64,000 nt of DNA from Lama glama (Eukaryota), in NCBI GenBank assembly GCA_028534125.1, contig CM052816.1, positions 32,366,001 to 32,430,000 on the forward strand, written 5' to 3'. Shown here piece after piece: positions 27,798 to 40,009 of the stretch. Position numbers and translations under genes: made by a program. Under the pieces are notes generated by a model, which was not told the origin of the DNA, did not search any database, and saw only the letters and a list, made by a program, of their open reading frames with translations. Positions within the stretch are counted from its first letter, which is position 1; every line of letters starts with the position of its first letter.

Positions 27798-27815
27798 ATA
27801 AAATGTGATCCTTAC

Positions 27816-27936
27816 ATTAAAGTTTTATGAATCCTTTCTATAGCTTCTTCAAGTTCTTCCTTCTGATCAGGAACAAACCGGTACTCTGAGACGTATCCTG
27901 CAGTGTGCTTATATGGGTCATAATCTCCAAGTTCAG
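27816..27936 (-). CDS. EPB41L4A: EPB41L4A exon ~6 (121 nt): (S)[39 protein letters not shown](M)
   Basis: tttcag|CT GAA...TTA AT|gtaagg; ELGDYD motif. Confidence 0.95.
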
Positions 27937-29117
27937 CTGAAAGAGAAAGAAATTGTATTTTTTTCCCCTTTGAGGAAAACATTCCTAAAAATATAGGAAT
28001 AAAAATATTCCTATCATGCCTAAACATTTTCTTCAGATGTTTTATTAATAAATATATATAAGATAGTAACTAAATAATTTTAGTTTAAAACCACTCTGAG
28101 GAGCATATACGGATAGTATAAACAAAATCTCATCTTAAAAACATAAGATTTTTGCTTTCTGAAAGACTATATCATAATTTTCATTTAAATTATTCTTACC
28201 AGTTTATATAAAGTAAAATATTGTAAATAATTTAACCTGTATATATTGGAAATACTCAAGGTGAAAAACAACCATGACCCTAATACATCCTCTCTAGGGC
28301 AATGACCCCAAGAGATAGAGCATATGATTCAAAATGTATTTCCCCCAAATAATGGTCATGGAACTATAATACAATGCTGCACACAACCCCACTACAGCTT
28401 ACACAAAGAAACAAAATGAAACCAGAAAGCTCACTATATTATTCTTATAAAAATTCTGCTCCCTATGTTAATCTACCTTCCAAACCCAATCCAGTTACCC
28501 AGTTCATTTTTTCTAGACTATTTCTGGTCTGCAAAGACTGCACAGACAAGGAAAATGCTGTCTCATCACCCCCATACTTGGCTTGATTCTTAGAAGGGAC
28601 TCAGTAATTGTAAGTGGAAACAGCCTCGGCTTCAGCCTCCAAAAGGACGACGTAACCTGGAGCTCCCCACATGGCCACCATATTGATGTCAAGAGCCAAG
28701 GCACAATGGGTGCTGAACATGGCCCACACCCTAACCCGGCGATGGCACCTGCCCACGTGGAACCTTCACAGCAGCTACTCGGAAGCAATGGGATTTCTGA
28801 GACAGAGCAGCTTCGAGTGATCAACTGACTCAGGCGGAATGGAGAAGAGAACAGATCTCCAGACCCTCCACTGAATCAAGATCAATCCTATTTCTGTGAC
28901 TAAAACTCCACATGACCTACTACAAGGGACATTTAACAGGCTTCATTTTTACCTCTTCTGAAGGAATACTGATTACAACTTAAATTCTGACTGAATTCAA
29001 TTTCTTTGCAGCAAAATGTCATTTGATAAGAACTTTGGTATAGAAACTTGTTTAAAAAGAAAAACTCATACATTCTTCTCAAGACCTCTGAAGTGTATTT
29101 GCTTAAGTAGAACCTAC

Positions 29118-29215
29118 ACTGTATGGCATATGCTCCCAGCTGAGCAGCAGTGTTGACAGGGCAGGGCAGCCGGCCCTGAAGGACATCTTGCTTCACCTGC
29201 AAAAAAAACTGATAT
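29118..29215 (-). CDS. EPB41L4A: EPB41L4A exon ~5 (98 nt): (R)[32 protein letters not shown](S), FERM F2 lobe
   Basis: tttag|A TAT...CAG T|gtaggt; GRLPC motif. Confidence 0.95.
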
Positions 29216-29389
29216 CTAAAAGAGAAATGGGGGAAAAAAAAAGAGATTAATGGCATCTTCCACTATCCAGATGTGTAGTTTCAGACCCTGAAACCCATCA
29301 ACTTTAATGAAAATAAAGCCACTCTCTGCTCTTTTGTTGGGAGGCTGTTGAGTGATCTGGGACTATTAAACACACTGCAGAGACAATCA

Positions 29390-29570
29390 AGGCAGTGGCT
29401 GAAGAGTGCAGGCTCTCAAGTTAAACTGGCTGAATTGCATCCCAGCTCCAGGACTCACTAGCTCTGTGGCCTTGGGCGGCTGGTTCACCTAACAGCCAGG
29501 TTTCTCAGTGGTAAAACAGACAAGGAAATATTTCCACCTCATAAGGTTGACGCGGAGGTTACATATAAGC
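29390..29570 (+). mobile_element. MIR SINE
   Basis: gtggctgaagagtgcaggctct ... cactagctctgtggccttgggc. Confidence 0.75.
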
Positions 29571-29859
29571 TATTCTTACCATCTCCACTACTGCCTCTGC
29601 CACTACTACTAAGACATGCTCTCACTGGGACATGAGGAACAAATCACAAGGACACAACCTATATGCCATGTGTTATCTACAGGGTCTAAAATCATGGATA
29701 CAGGACAGAAAGGTCATAAGAATGTAATTTCATCAATCCTGCTTATTTAAGATGCTGCCCATTATCTCTGACTTGGCTCATCCATTTGCTGAAAGAAAAC
29801 CTGTTGTAATAATAATGCCTCCCACTGTTCCAAACATCAATATAGTAACTCATTCCAAG

Positions 29860-30040
29860 TATTTTACATACAATAACTTAAGACTTTAAAATGGGGTTTA
29901 GTATTATAATTATCTCCATTTTGCAGATGAAGAAACTAAGAGACAAAAAGAGGTGAAATTTTCACAAGATCTCACAACCAGTTAAGCAGCAGAACCCAGG
30001 CCATCTCACTCTAGAACTCTCTTAATCAGGATGCCATGCA
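29860..30040 (-). mobile_element. MIR SINE
   Basis: tatctccattttgcagatgaagaaactaag. Confidence 0.75.
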
Positions 30041-30104
30041 ACCTAGGCTAGCTACTGAGAGAGGCCAGAGGTTTGTGAACCAACACAATGAGCCTCAGCC
30101 ACCA

Positions 30105-30150
30105 TCACACAGACACACACACACACTCTCTCTCTCTCTCACACACACAC
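30105..30150. repeat. (CA)n(CT)n(CA)n microsatellite
   Basis: Seen directly. Confidence 0.9.
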
Positions 30151-31889
30151 TTCAGGCTGTCTTTAGTGATTTGTCTGCCTTTGCAAGATGACTCAATGTC
30201 AATGGGAAGGGCAGAAAAAAAGCACAGGAAATTAATTAAATCAGCTGTGGTAAGTTTCTCTTCTCCAAATGCTTGCAACCAAAGTTCTTAGTGAGAGAAC
30301 GTTAGATGCTACTCTGATTATTTCTGGAAGACTGGTATCAACCTTGATTGTACCATAGGCTTAAGTGAAAATCTGCTTAACCACCCTGAGTTTCCCCACT
30401 GCCCATCTAGGAAATGTCACCACAGTTCTCCAGACACCCCAGTAAGAGAAACCTAGGAACAATGTGTAATCCCTAGCACCCACATTCAATCACCAAATCT
30501 GTTTTTTGGAGTCTACACACTTTTTTCCATCTCCCAGTCCAGGTCACAAATCACTGGATTTCCAAAACCTTCACTACCCTGCCATTATTCATTCTTAACT
30601 CCCTGCCAAACAACCTTTCCAAGAGGTAAATAGGATTCTTAAGAGGTAAATAGAATAATGTCACTCTCTTAATTTAAAAAAAAACAACAAATAAAACAAA
30701 ACAAACAAAACTTAAGAGGCTTCCCTTTGCCTTCAGGATAAAGTCCAAGATCCCTAAGATAGCTTATAGGACTTTTACTTCTTGAGCCAAATCTCTTGCC
30801 ATTAACCAATGACTACCCTCACTCCCTAATTTGCATTTACTTTTCCAGCCCTACTTAGCTATTCTCCATTCCCTAAATATTTATCTTAGATATCAAATCC
30901 ACTGTGTTATATTCATCCGTGTTCCTCTTGAAGAAGAGAAGAGCAGAGTAAAGTGACATCAGTAGAACTTAAATGCAAATATATAGAGAGACATTTCACT
31001 AGAATTACTACTACTTGCTGGAAACTTGCATTTGGCTTCACTCTCTTTTTCTATTGTTAACCTAGAATCTCTTTTCCCAAAGTATGTGTATGCATATATA
31101 TATATATATATATGGAAATGGATCACAGATGCATATTTGTCTAGCTCTATTAAGACTTTTATAACATTTGACTGAGCAGTAAAAACTCTTCCCAAATGAA
31201 GAAACCAAGGAAACTAATCCCACAAGAGTTTGCTTCAAAGGGATAGGGAAAAAGAAACAAGAAGATGAAAAAACAAAGACAGAGCTGACAGAGAGAAAGA
31301 CAAGCAGGTAAAAGACACAAGAACTATAAACCACTGGTGACTGTATTCCCAGTACATAGGGCTCAGCACACTAACTGCTCAATAAATAGTTGTTGACTTG
31401 ATGGATGGATATACGAATGAACAGGCAGATGAAAATGTGGGAAAAAAAAAAAGAACATTCTTTGTTGTCTCTGCGAAATTCACAAAGGAAAAAGGACATC
31501 TGTTCAATCAAGCCTCCAAGCCTCCCTGGACAGCTCGCCTTTTAATGATACTGGAGATCTTGAAGTCATTCCATTAAAAACTTCCACTAAAATCAAAGAT
31601 GATGAGTAAACTACTTTGAAGTAATCATTTGATTAATCTTTATCACAACAAGTATCATATTAGACAAATCTATGCTACAGCAAAGTCAAATTTTTATGTG
31701 CTAAACATTTTATCTTATCTCAGGGCCTATTTTTAACTATATATGACTTATTTTGCCTATTTATGGGACAAAGTACAATTTAATATTTTATTTAAATAAC
31801 AGGTTTAGAGTGGCTGGGTCTTTCCTTCTAAATCATTCTGATTAAGGCTATGATTGAATGCTTGAGTCCTTGCTTAGCTCCAGTTTTAA

Positions 31890-32017
31890 TTAGATAAATC
31901 CCAGTTTGCCTAGGACAGCTCTAGCTTATGCTTATTATATATGCCTAATTATTAATAACTCTCCTCATCACTCGTCCAAGTGTTGGGGTTTGAACAACGA
32001 AGTACACTGTGACCCTA
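31890..32017. mobile_element. MER94-like hAT-Blackjack MITE
   Basis: tcccagtttgcctaggacag ... gtgacccta end. Confidence 0.55.
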
Positions 32018-33714
32018 GTTTTGTGGTATGTCTATTAGAGGAAAAAAATGCTGATTTAAAATGATCTATTTAATAAGGAGCTTTCCAGAACATACTCTGG
32101 TACAAAGCAGAGACTTCATAGAGCAGTGACTGGTTACCCTTCTGTGTAAATGAATATACTAGTGTATATGCACTGTCACTCAAGCAAGACGATGAGCCCT
32201 GGAGGAAAGGCCCCCATCTTCCCCCCAACCCCACTTATGACAACAGTACAACCTGTGTAACATAAGAGAAGGACCTAAAATTCTGGCCTCACAGTTTTCT
32301 GTTCATCTAATGTTCACAAAAAAGAGCTGATCTGACACCAAGGGCATACCAGCTGCTGAGGACCACTAACAGTTTACAAATGTCAGAGACAAGAATGGGC
32401 AAAGGAGATCTGCTTAAAGAAGGGGCAGAGAGACCCTGTTCTTTCAGGAACCCAAACAGGAGGTTCTCCTGAGATTTCTGGGGCTAAAGACAGTGAGGAA
32501 TGTGCCTACCAGTGAAGCCTGAAGTCCACCTTTCAGCGACATGAGACCCTGGTAAGGGAACTGAGAGATGTGGGGACAAGCAGAAGTTTGACTTCTGGCA
32601 CCAGCTGAATGTGACACTGAGAAATCTGAGATCACCAACCTACATGGAAGGCTGGACTGTTTTTCACATCCCACGGAGAGGGGGCACAGCGTGTGACAGG
32701 AGTCTAATCGTTCTGGATAAAACTCAAATATGAGGGACAGAGGGAAATGTTTAAATAATAACATAATATTGAACATTGTGGGGGAAATGGCATGTATGGC
32801 TTAAGAAGAAGGAAAACAGGAAAGGAAATCGCCAGTGATTCTCAAGAGAAAACGACAGAGAGGGGGACTAACATTTCGCAGTTTAAAACCGATGATGAAA
32901 ACACAGGAACACAGAGAAATAACACCTGGCATTTGTACATTCCTCTAAAAGGTCACAAGTGTCTTTGGCATCTATACTGGAATGTAACCACACCCCAACT
33001 CTGATGTGTTGAGAACCAGCATCTTCACTCAGAGCAGGAGATAGGGACCCCAGAAGTGAATGTGTGACTGAAGGTCACTCAGCTCATAAAGAAGGTAAAA
33101 CACACTCATCTTCACCAAAAGAAAAATACGGATTACCAAATATTATAATAATAATATAATAATTGACAAGCTTAATGTCAATCTCCAACAAAGTACTACA
33201 AAATATTACAAAAATAAATACCTGTTTTTAGAAGCTAAAATGTATTTATTATGAATAAGTCCTTCGGCACTCACAATATTCTCTTATCTAGAAAAAGTTA
33301 ACATTTCAATGGCATCACAGATAAGGTTGTCAAGAAAGTGATAGGCAGACTCACTCCCTCACTCTGTACTCTCTCTCCAGGGGACTGAAAACATAGCTCT
33401 CTTTGGTCACTACAGAATCTCCTTGGTACTCCGTGCACTGGACAATGGTGCTCCCTATAGTTACTGAATGGAGGGTGAGTGAGTGAGTGAATTCTGCGTT
33501 TACAGACAAATTCAAGAAGTGCAGGCTAGAGGGCAGCAGTAGGATGATTCACAGTTAAGTGAACAACTACGCTCAGAATGCTCTTGTTAATGGATTGACT
33601 TTAACCTGGAAGAACTATCCTCAGGGCTCCCAGTTGGTCTTTTCCTCCTTGATTTTTTAATCAGTAATTTGATAAGATAATGATCATTACTTCCATTTTA
33701 GCCACCCTTACCAT

Positions 33715-33935
33715 CTACTGAACACTTACCTGTTTGCATTATGGTAAGTACTTTGCACGTATTAACTTACATATTCCTCCCACCATCTTTTTGAAAAAAT
33801 ACTGTAATTCCATTTTACAGACGAGAAAACCAAGACTGAATGAAAGGTTATGCAATCTTCTTAAGGTAGCAAGTGCCACTAGGAAGTGGCAGAGCAAGGA
33901 TGCAAAACTTAGCCTGTCTGACTCCAAAGCCTGTC
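33715..33935 (-). mobile_element. MIR SINE
   Basis: ccattttacagacgagaaaacc ... tctgactccaaagcc. Confidence 0.8.
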
Positions 33936-35384
33936 TTCTTAAGGAATATGTGTGTTAATGCTTATCAGATCTGCAGAGGACACAGACCTATGAATGACAG
34001 CTTATACATGGAAGGCTGTCATAATATTATGAATCAGAGCTGAAAGTAAGTTTAGCAGATGTCATGAGACACGAATTATGTAAAGGATGGTAAACAGAAA
34101 AGAAATGAGACTTGTTCTGCATAGACCTAAAGAGAAAAACTAGAGCTGATGCCAGAAGTTCCAGAGATTTTTAAATTTCTTCTTGAATTTCCTACTGCAT
34201 TGTGAAGCAGTAATGTTTCTTCTCTTAAAAATGTTTAAGAAGGAGTTGGTTGACATTTCAGGAATGTTTTATAAAAATGGAGGATAGGATATATGACCTT
34301 AGTGTCTCTAAACTTCAATTATTCAGAAAACACTGTAGAGTACATAGCAGCTACTTAAAGTTGATGCAATTCTATTAACTTTTGTTTTCCATAGTCTGAA
34401 ACTTTATTTTCCTGTGTATCCCAGTTACTTCATTTTTTCCCTCTAAATACAATGTGCTTCTGGAATACTTCATCTAGTATGATCACTTATGAAGTGAAGA
34501 TCACATGAGAAGATTCAATGCAGTGCTATATATAATTTTAATAAGGAAACAAGCTAGACAGCCATCCACGAGGGCAGGAGTAAAACAAATGAGTTAAATG
34601 GTGAAAGAGGTCTGTAATAATCATATTAAATTGTATGATTTTCAAAAAAATACTATACATATGGAAGAATAGGTAAAAGCATGTTTACTATAGCTTTACT
34701 TTTCATATTAAAAAATTACAAACAACCTAAGAGCCAATATAGAGTAGGCTGGAACAATTTTCCAAAGAACTGAAGCAAGATAAATGTTCAACTTGAAAAT
34801 GCTGGCCAGTGCTTCTTCTTTACTAGCATATTTTGGGGGATTTTGTCTTTTAGTCTCAATTTTTACTTTTGCCAAAATTATTTTATGTAACTGACTCCGC
34901 TTTTAAGGTCCATTATGCCTAATCATTTAAATTAATATTTTCATTCAAATCAATGACTTTATCTTTAGGATATAGTAAGTACATAATCTCAAATTAAATG
35001 CACATTTAACTTACCTAAACTCAATTATATGCTTTGGACAAAAAACCCCCACAAATTATTGTAGATCATGGCTACTAATTGTAAGCCAACTATGTCATCT
35101 GGTTCTTAAGCACATGATCTGATAGAAAACTTGAGAAAAAACAGGCTGTACTGAATATATTGTGGGGTTGCACATTACACACAAATCCATGGATTCTGTT
35201 ACTGACATAGGGGTAGATTCTGAAGGGAAATTTCTGTTCATCATCAATATTTGGTGAACAGATGTGAAGTAATGCATTATATAAAACTAGTCTTTTTCCC
35301 TTAACACTAAATCAGGTATCTTTTAGAATCTAACTCTCATTTAAGATGTAACTCACTGAACTCCCAGAGCAAAGAGAGAATGGA

Positions 35385-35545
35385 ATAATAAATGCTAACA
35401 TTTATCAAGCACTTACCTATGAGCCTAACACAACCAACTTGTAAGAGATTTACATACATTATTCCATTTAATGCTTATAAAAACCTTATGAGACAGGTAC
35501 AGCTCCAATTTTACAGTTGAGGAAGCTGAGGCACAGAAAGTTTAC
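35385..35545 (-). mobile_element. MIR SINE
   Basis: ctaacatttatcaagcactta ... ttttacagttgaggaagctgaggcacaga. Confidence 0.8.
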
Positions 35546-36817
35546 TGACAACCTCAAAATGAACTTTCCTTGTATTTTAATAAAATGTTGTTCCTTTGTA
35601 ATTCCCTAGTGAGTTACAGATATAAATGTGCTTTTATACCACTCGGGCTCAGTTTCCCCCTGAGCACGCAACTCAGAAATCCCCCCTGATAGCAAAGACT
35701 ATTCATGAAACTCCCATGTAAACACAACGCCTCCCCTCAACATCAGCGACACAAGGGCCCTACTCCTGTGGAGGTGTGCTCGGAGAACGCCTCTACCTGC
35801 ACCTGCTTTTCCAAGTGCTCACTAACGATGTGGTGATGGAGGACATGAAAGCAGACATCAGTACAGTTCTACAAATGAGGCCTAATTACAGCCCTTCAGA
35901 GCTAGAGACGAAAGGTCCAATTAGTCACTCTTCTGTGTGCAGTCCAGAATCGAGACAAAAGAAAGTGTAAGGAAAAAAGATGAAAGGATGGAACAGACGC
36001 AAAACCATAGACTGCCTTAGTCATCAAAGATATGATTTCCAATTTTTTGAACAATGCATTAGGCTTTCTTTATTTGAGCCAATGTCGGGTTCACTAGGAA
36101 AACTGCCTTTTTAGAATTAAGGAAAATGCTTCTGGTTTTGCTACCACATGCAGTCAGGTCACTAGTGGAATAAATGAAAACATAATGCTGTTGTCTGCTC
36201 TTTATAAGTCACTTTCAAATGATGGCACGGACTGTTTTAACAATATAATCAATACCAATCAGAAATTCTGCCTTATCTGAAATAAAATCAGTATCTGATG
36301 ACAAAGGTGAAATAATACATTATAAAGCATTGAGTTTTTTTCTCTTCCTTAATACTAAAAGCAATTATCTCTTCATTTTTCATAAAGATGACTGAAACCC
36401 CTAGACAGCTGATATTTAACCTACAACAATTAGAGAGAAATAAGTGGCTCTTCAAGTTTATATTTACATTTGCAAACTGAGCATCAAAATATCCTCCCTT
36501 GACGCAGTCCATATGGCTACTGCCCTACAGCTCAAAGGCCGAATGCATCCTTCACAATAATGATACTGAAATATCCCACCACCGCAGATGCAGAATCTAT
36601 CATCATGCCACCCGGCTTCACGCCACTGTTCAAACACATCTATCATGAGTCACTGAACTGCCTCACGCAACTCTAGTTGAAATTTAAGTCACACGGGAGA
36701 TATGCTACAAAGTGCAGGCAGACACCCATCCAAATGTTTGACTCCGATCTGTTTTAAATAAAGCCTTATATATATATGTCATACATGTACTGATCAAAAA
36801 CCAAGTCAGTACTATAC

Positions 36818-36896
36818 CTGGTTATTTCTTCTTTAAGCTTACATGGGTCTTCGGCATAGAATTTAATACCAAAATACAAAGTATATGGAGGTCCAG
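36818..36896 (-). CDS. EPB41L4A: EPB41L4A exon ~4 (79 nt): (T)[25 protein letters not shown](R)
   Basis: ttttag|CT GGA...ACC AG|gtatag; KFY..DP..L.EEITR motif. Confidence 0.95.
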
Positions 36897-36988
36897 CTAA
36901 AACAAGAAATAGAAATTAAATTTCACTTTACAGATTAGTCAAAGTTGTAGTGTAATATTATACAACTCTTAAAAATTACACTCACCAA

Positions 36989-38102
36989 AAATATTTGCAA
37001 ACCATATATTGAATAAGGGGTTAATATTCAAAATATGAGAAACTCACACAACTCAATAGCAAAAAACAGATAACCCAATTAAAATATGGAACCCAAATAA
37101 ACATTTTCTCCAAAAAGACATACAAATGATAAAAAGATACACAAAAAGATGTTCAATATTACTAATTATCAGGAAAATGCAAATCAAAACCACAATGAGA
37201 TATCATTTCACACCTAAAAGAATGGCTACTGTCAAAAAGACAGAAGTGTTCGTGAAAATGTGGAGAAAAGGGAACCCCTTATGCACTGTTGATGGGGATA
37301 TAAAGTGATGTAACCATTAGGTAAAACAGCATGAAAGGATCTCAAAAAGTTCAAAACAGAGCTACCATATGAGCCAACAATCCCAATACTGGTTATTTAT
37401 TAAAAAAGAAATTAAACCAGGGATCTCCAAGAGCTGTATATATCCCTATTTTCAACACAGCATAATTTATAAAAGTGAAGACATGGAAATAATGTAAGTG
37501 TTCAGTAACAGATGAATGGACAAAGAAAATGTGCTATACATATACAGAAAATATTATTCAGCCATAAAAAGAAGGAAATCCTCCCATTTGTGACAACATG
37601 GATAAGCCTGGAGAACACTATGCTAGGTAAAACAAACCAGACACAAAACAACAAATACTGCCTAATCTCATATATACATATTGTATATATAATATACATA
37701 TGAGAATATATAAATGTAGAATCTAAAATGGTCACACACGTAGATGCAGAGAGTAGAATGGTGGCAGGGGGAGGGGGAAACAGGGAGATGTTGGTCAAAG
37801 GGTACAAAGTTTCAGTTATGCAAGATGAATGTTTTCTGGGGATCTAATGTACAACACGGTGACAATAGTTAAGGATGCTGTACTACATACCTGAAATTTG
37901 CTAAGAGGATAGATCTTAATTTAACTCTTCTCACCCCGCCCCAACCCCACCCACACACTGGTAACTACGTAGATGTGACAGATAAATTATTTAGCTTGAT
38001 GGTGATGCTCTTTTCATAATGTATGCACATGTCAAAACATCAAGCTGTACCCCTTAAACATATACAAATTTTGTGTCAAAGATACCTCAATAAAGTTGTT
38101 TA
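36989..38102 (+). mobile_element. 5'-truncated L1 (L1MA-like) with TSD, about 90 bp from the exon 4 acceptor
   Basis: atatttgcaaaccatat ... cctcaataaagttgtttaaaaaa; TSD aaaaattacactcaccaa (36971-36988) / aaaaattatactcaacaa (38103-38120). Confidence 0.9.
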
Positions 38103-38734
38103 AAAAATTATACTCAACAAGAATTTCTAGAGACACAGAAAATACAAAATGAAAAAACAAGAGTTGGTGACATTAAAACCTCAACTATGTAGTTATTTAT
38201 GTACGTATGGGTTTATGTGCTCATAAACACAAGAAAAAAGCAAGGGCCAAATACACCAGAATGTTAACAGTTCTTCTCATCTCTGGTTAGTGAGATAAGC
38301 ACAACTTTCATTCATTTATAATTTTTCCATTTTCACATTTTCTACAACATGTGTATTTTTTCAGAATGAAGAAAGATTACTCATAAACAAAATAGTTTTT
38401 AAAACCATTCACCTGCCACTGACTGTTGCAAAAAGTCCTACTCCCCAGAATCTGCAAAAAGCTGGAAACAATTTAGATGCTCAGCAGCAAGTGGATCATT
38501 AAAGTCAACTGCAGGGTATATGTATGGTACCATGCAACTGTTTAAATGGGCAGAGGGAGTACTTTATGTACTGATTGGAAAAGATCTCCAAGCTATATTT
38601 CTGACTGCAGAAATATGACCCATTTTGTATAAGAGAAAATTATCTGTTAAAATATTGGTCCTCCTCCCCCACAAAATAATACATAAGAAATTACTAAGAG
38701 TGGCAAACTTTGGGAAGAGGGACTGGAAACATTT

Positions 38735-38897
38735 TCCTCCACCTTTACTGAGGTATAATTGACAAATTAAATTAAAAGATATTTAAAGTATACATTGTGA
38801 AAGCATCCCCCCCCATCAAGTTAATTAACACACCCATCCCCTCACGTATTTACTTTTTTACCTTTTGGTGAGAACATTGAAATTCTACTCTTAGCAA
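38735..38897 (-). mobile_element. L1 3' terminal fragment
   Basis: ctttactgaggtataattgac ... gtgagaacattgaaattctactcttagcaa. Confidence 0.75.
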
Positions 38898-39772
38898 CAC
38901 TGGTAAGTTAGAAATTTCTCACTATGTGTATCTCTTACCTTAAAAAAACCCAAAAACTATCAGCTATGTGGTAGGATTAGGAACAATATTTGGCTCATCC
39001 TTAAACTTTTCCGACTCTAAGAGTATGTTCTTTCATATTTAAGAAGACATTTCTTATCTCAGTCATTTACCACACTCAGAAGAGCTATATGCACAAATGC
39101 CAAATATATATGAAACAAAGTCTGGAATTGTACCTGAGAAAATATAAAATATAATTAAACACTCATATCATGCAAAAGGACACAAGCCCCTTGGGTGCCA
39201 ACGATGTTATATTTTTACTAGAAATATTTCTATTTCAGAGGCTATAAATCTAATTTGCACTGTTTCCAAAACTGCATACTTCTGAGCAGTGTGGTAACTA
39301 GATTTAATATAAAATCTGTTTTAAAACGGATTTGTTACTTGGAACACCAATTAGTGGTCATCGTTACTAATCTTTTCTCTAACAACAGCTCTCCCACACA
39401 AATAAAAAAGATGTGAAACAGGCACCTGTGTAAAAATACTTCCACCTACACAAGGAGATGCCAAGTCTCTGATACTGTGTAACAGACATAAAGTCTGCTT
39501 TCATTTTTAACTAAGTAAATAAAGTCACAAATTTACAGCTTGGGGAGAGGAAATTACATAGAATAACAGGTAATAAAGCCATAATGCAGTTTATAATATA
39601 TCAACTATATTATTATTTACTACTATTATGCCACACACATGTTCTGTTCGTAGAACCCCTGTTCCTAGCACACAGAGGACAACCTATACTAGGACCAAGC
39701 TCCCCTCCCTTAATCTACTACGCCTTCCTGCGTAAGGCACTCAGTATGCTGGAGCTTTTTCAGAAACTAAAT

Positions 39773-40009
39773 GTTTTTAATTGAAGTACAGTCAGTTACA
39801 ATATGTCAATTTCTGATATACAGCATTATGTTTCAGTCATGCATATACATACATATATTCATTTTCATATTCTTTTTCATTATAGGCTACCATAAGATAT
39901 TGAATATACAGAAGAAATTTGTTTTTTATCTGTTTTATATACAGTAGTTAATACTTGCAAATCTCCAACTCCCAATTTATCCCTTCCCACCCTGGTTTCT
40001 AGAAACATA
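39773..40009 (-). mobile_element. Short young cetartiodactyl-type L1 3' end with TSD
   Basis: Reverse complement resembles 20460-20730; TSD cagaaactaaat at 39761-39772 and 40010-40021. Confidence 0.88.
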
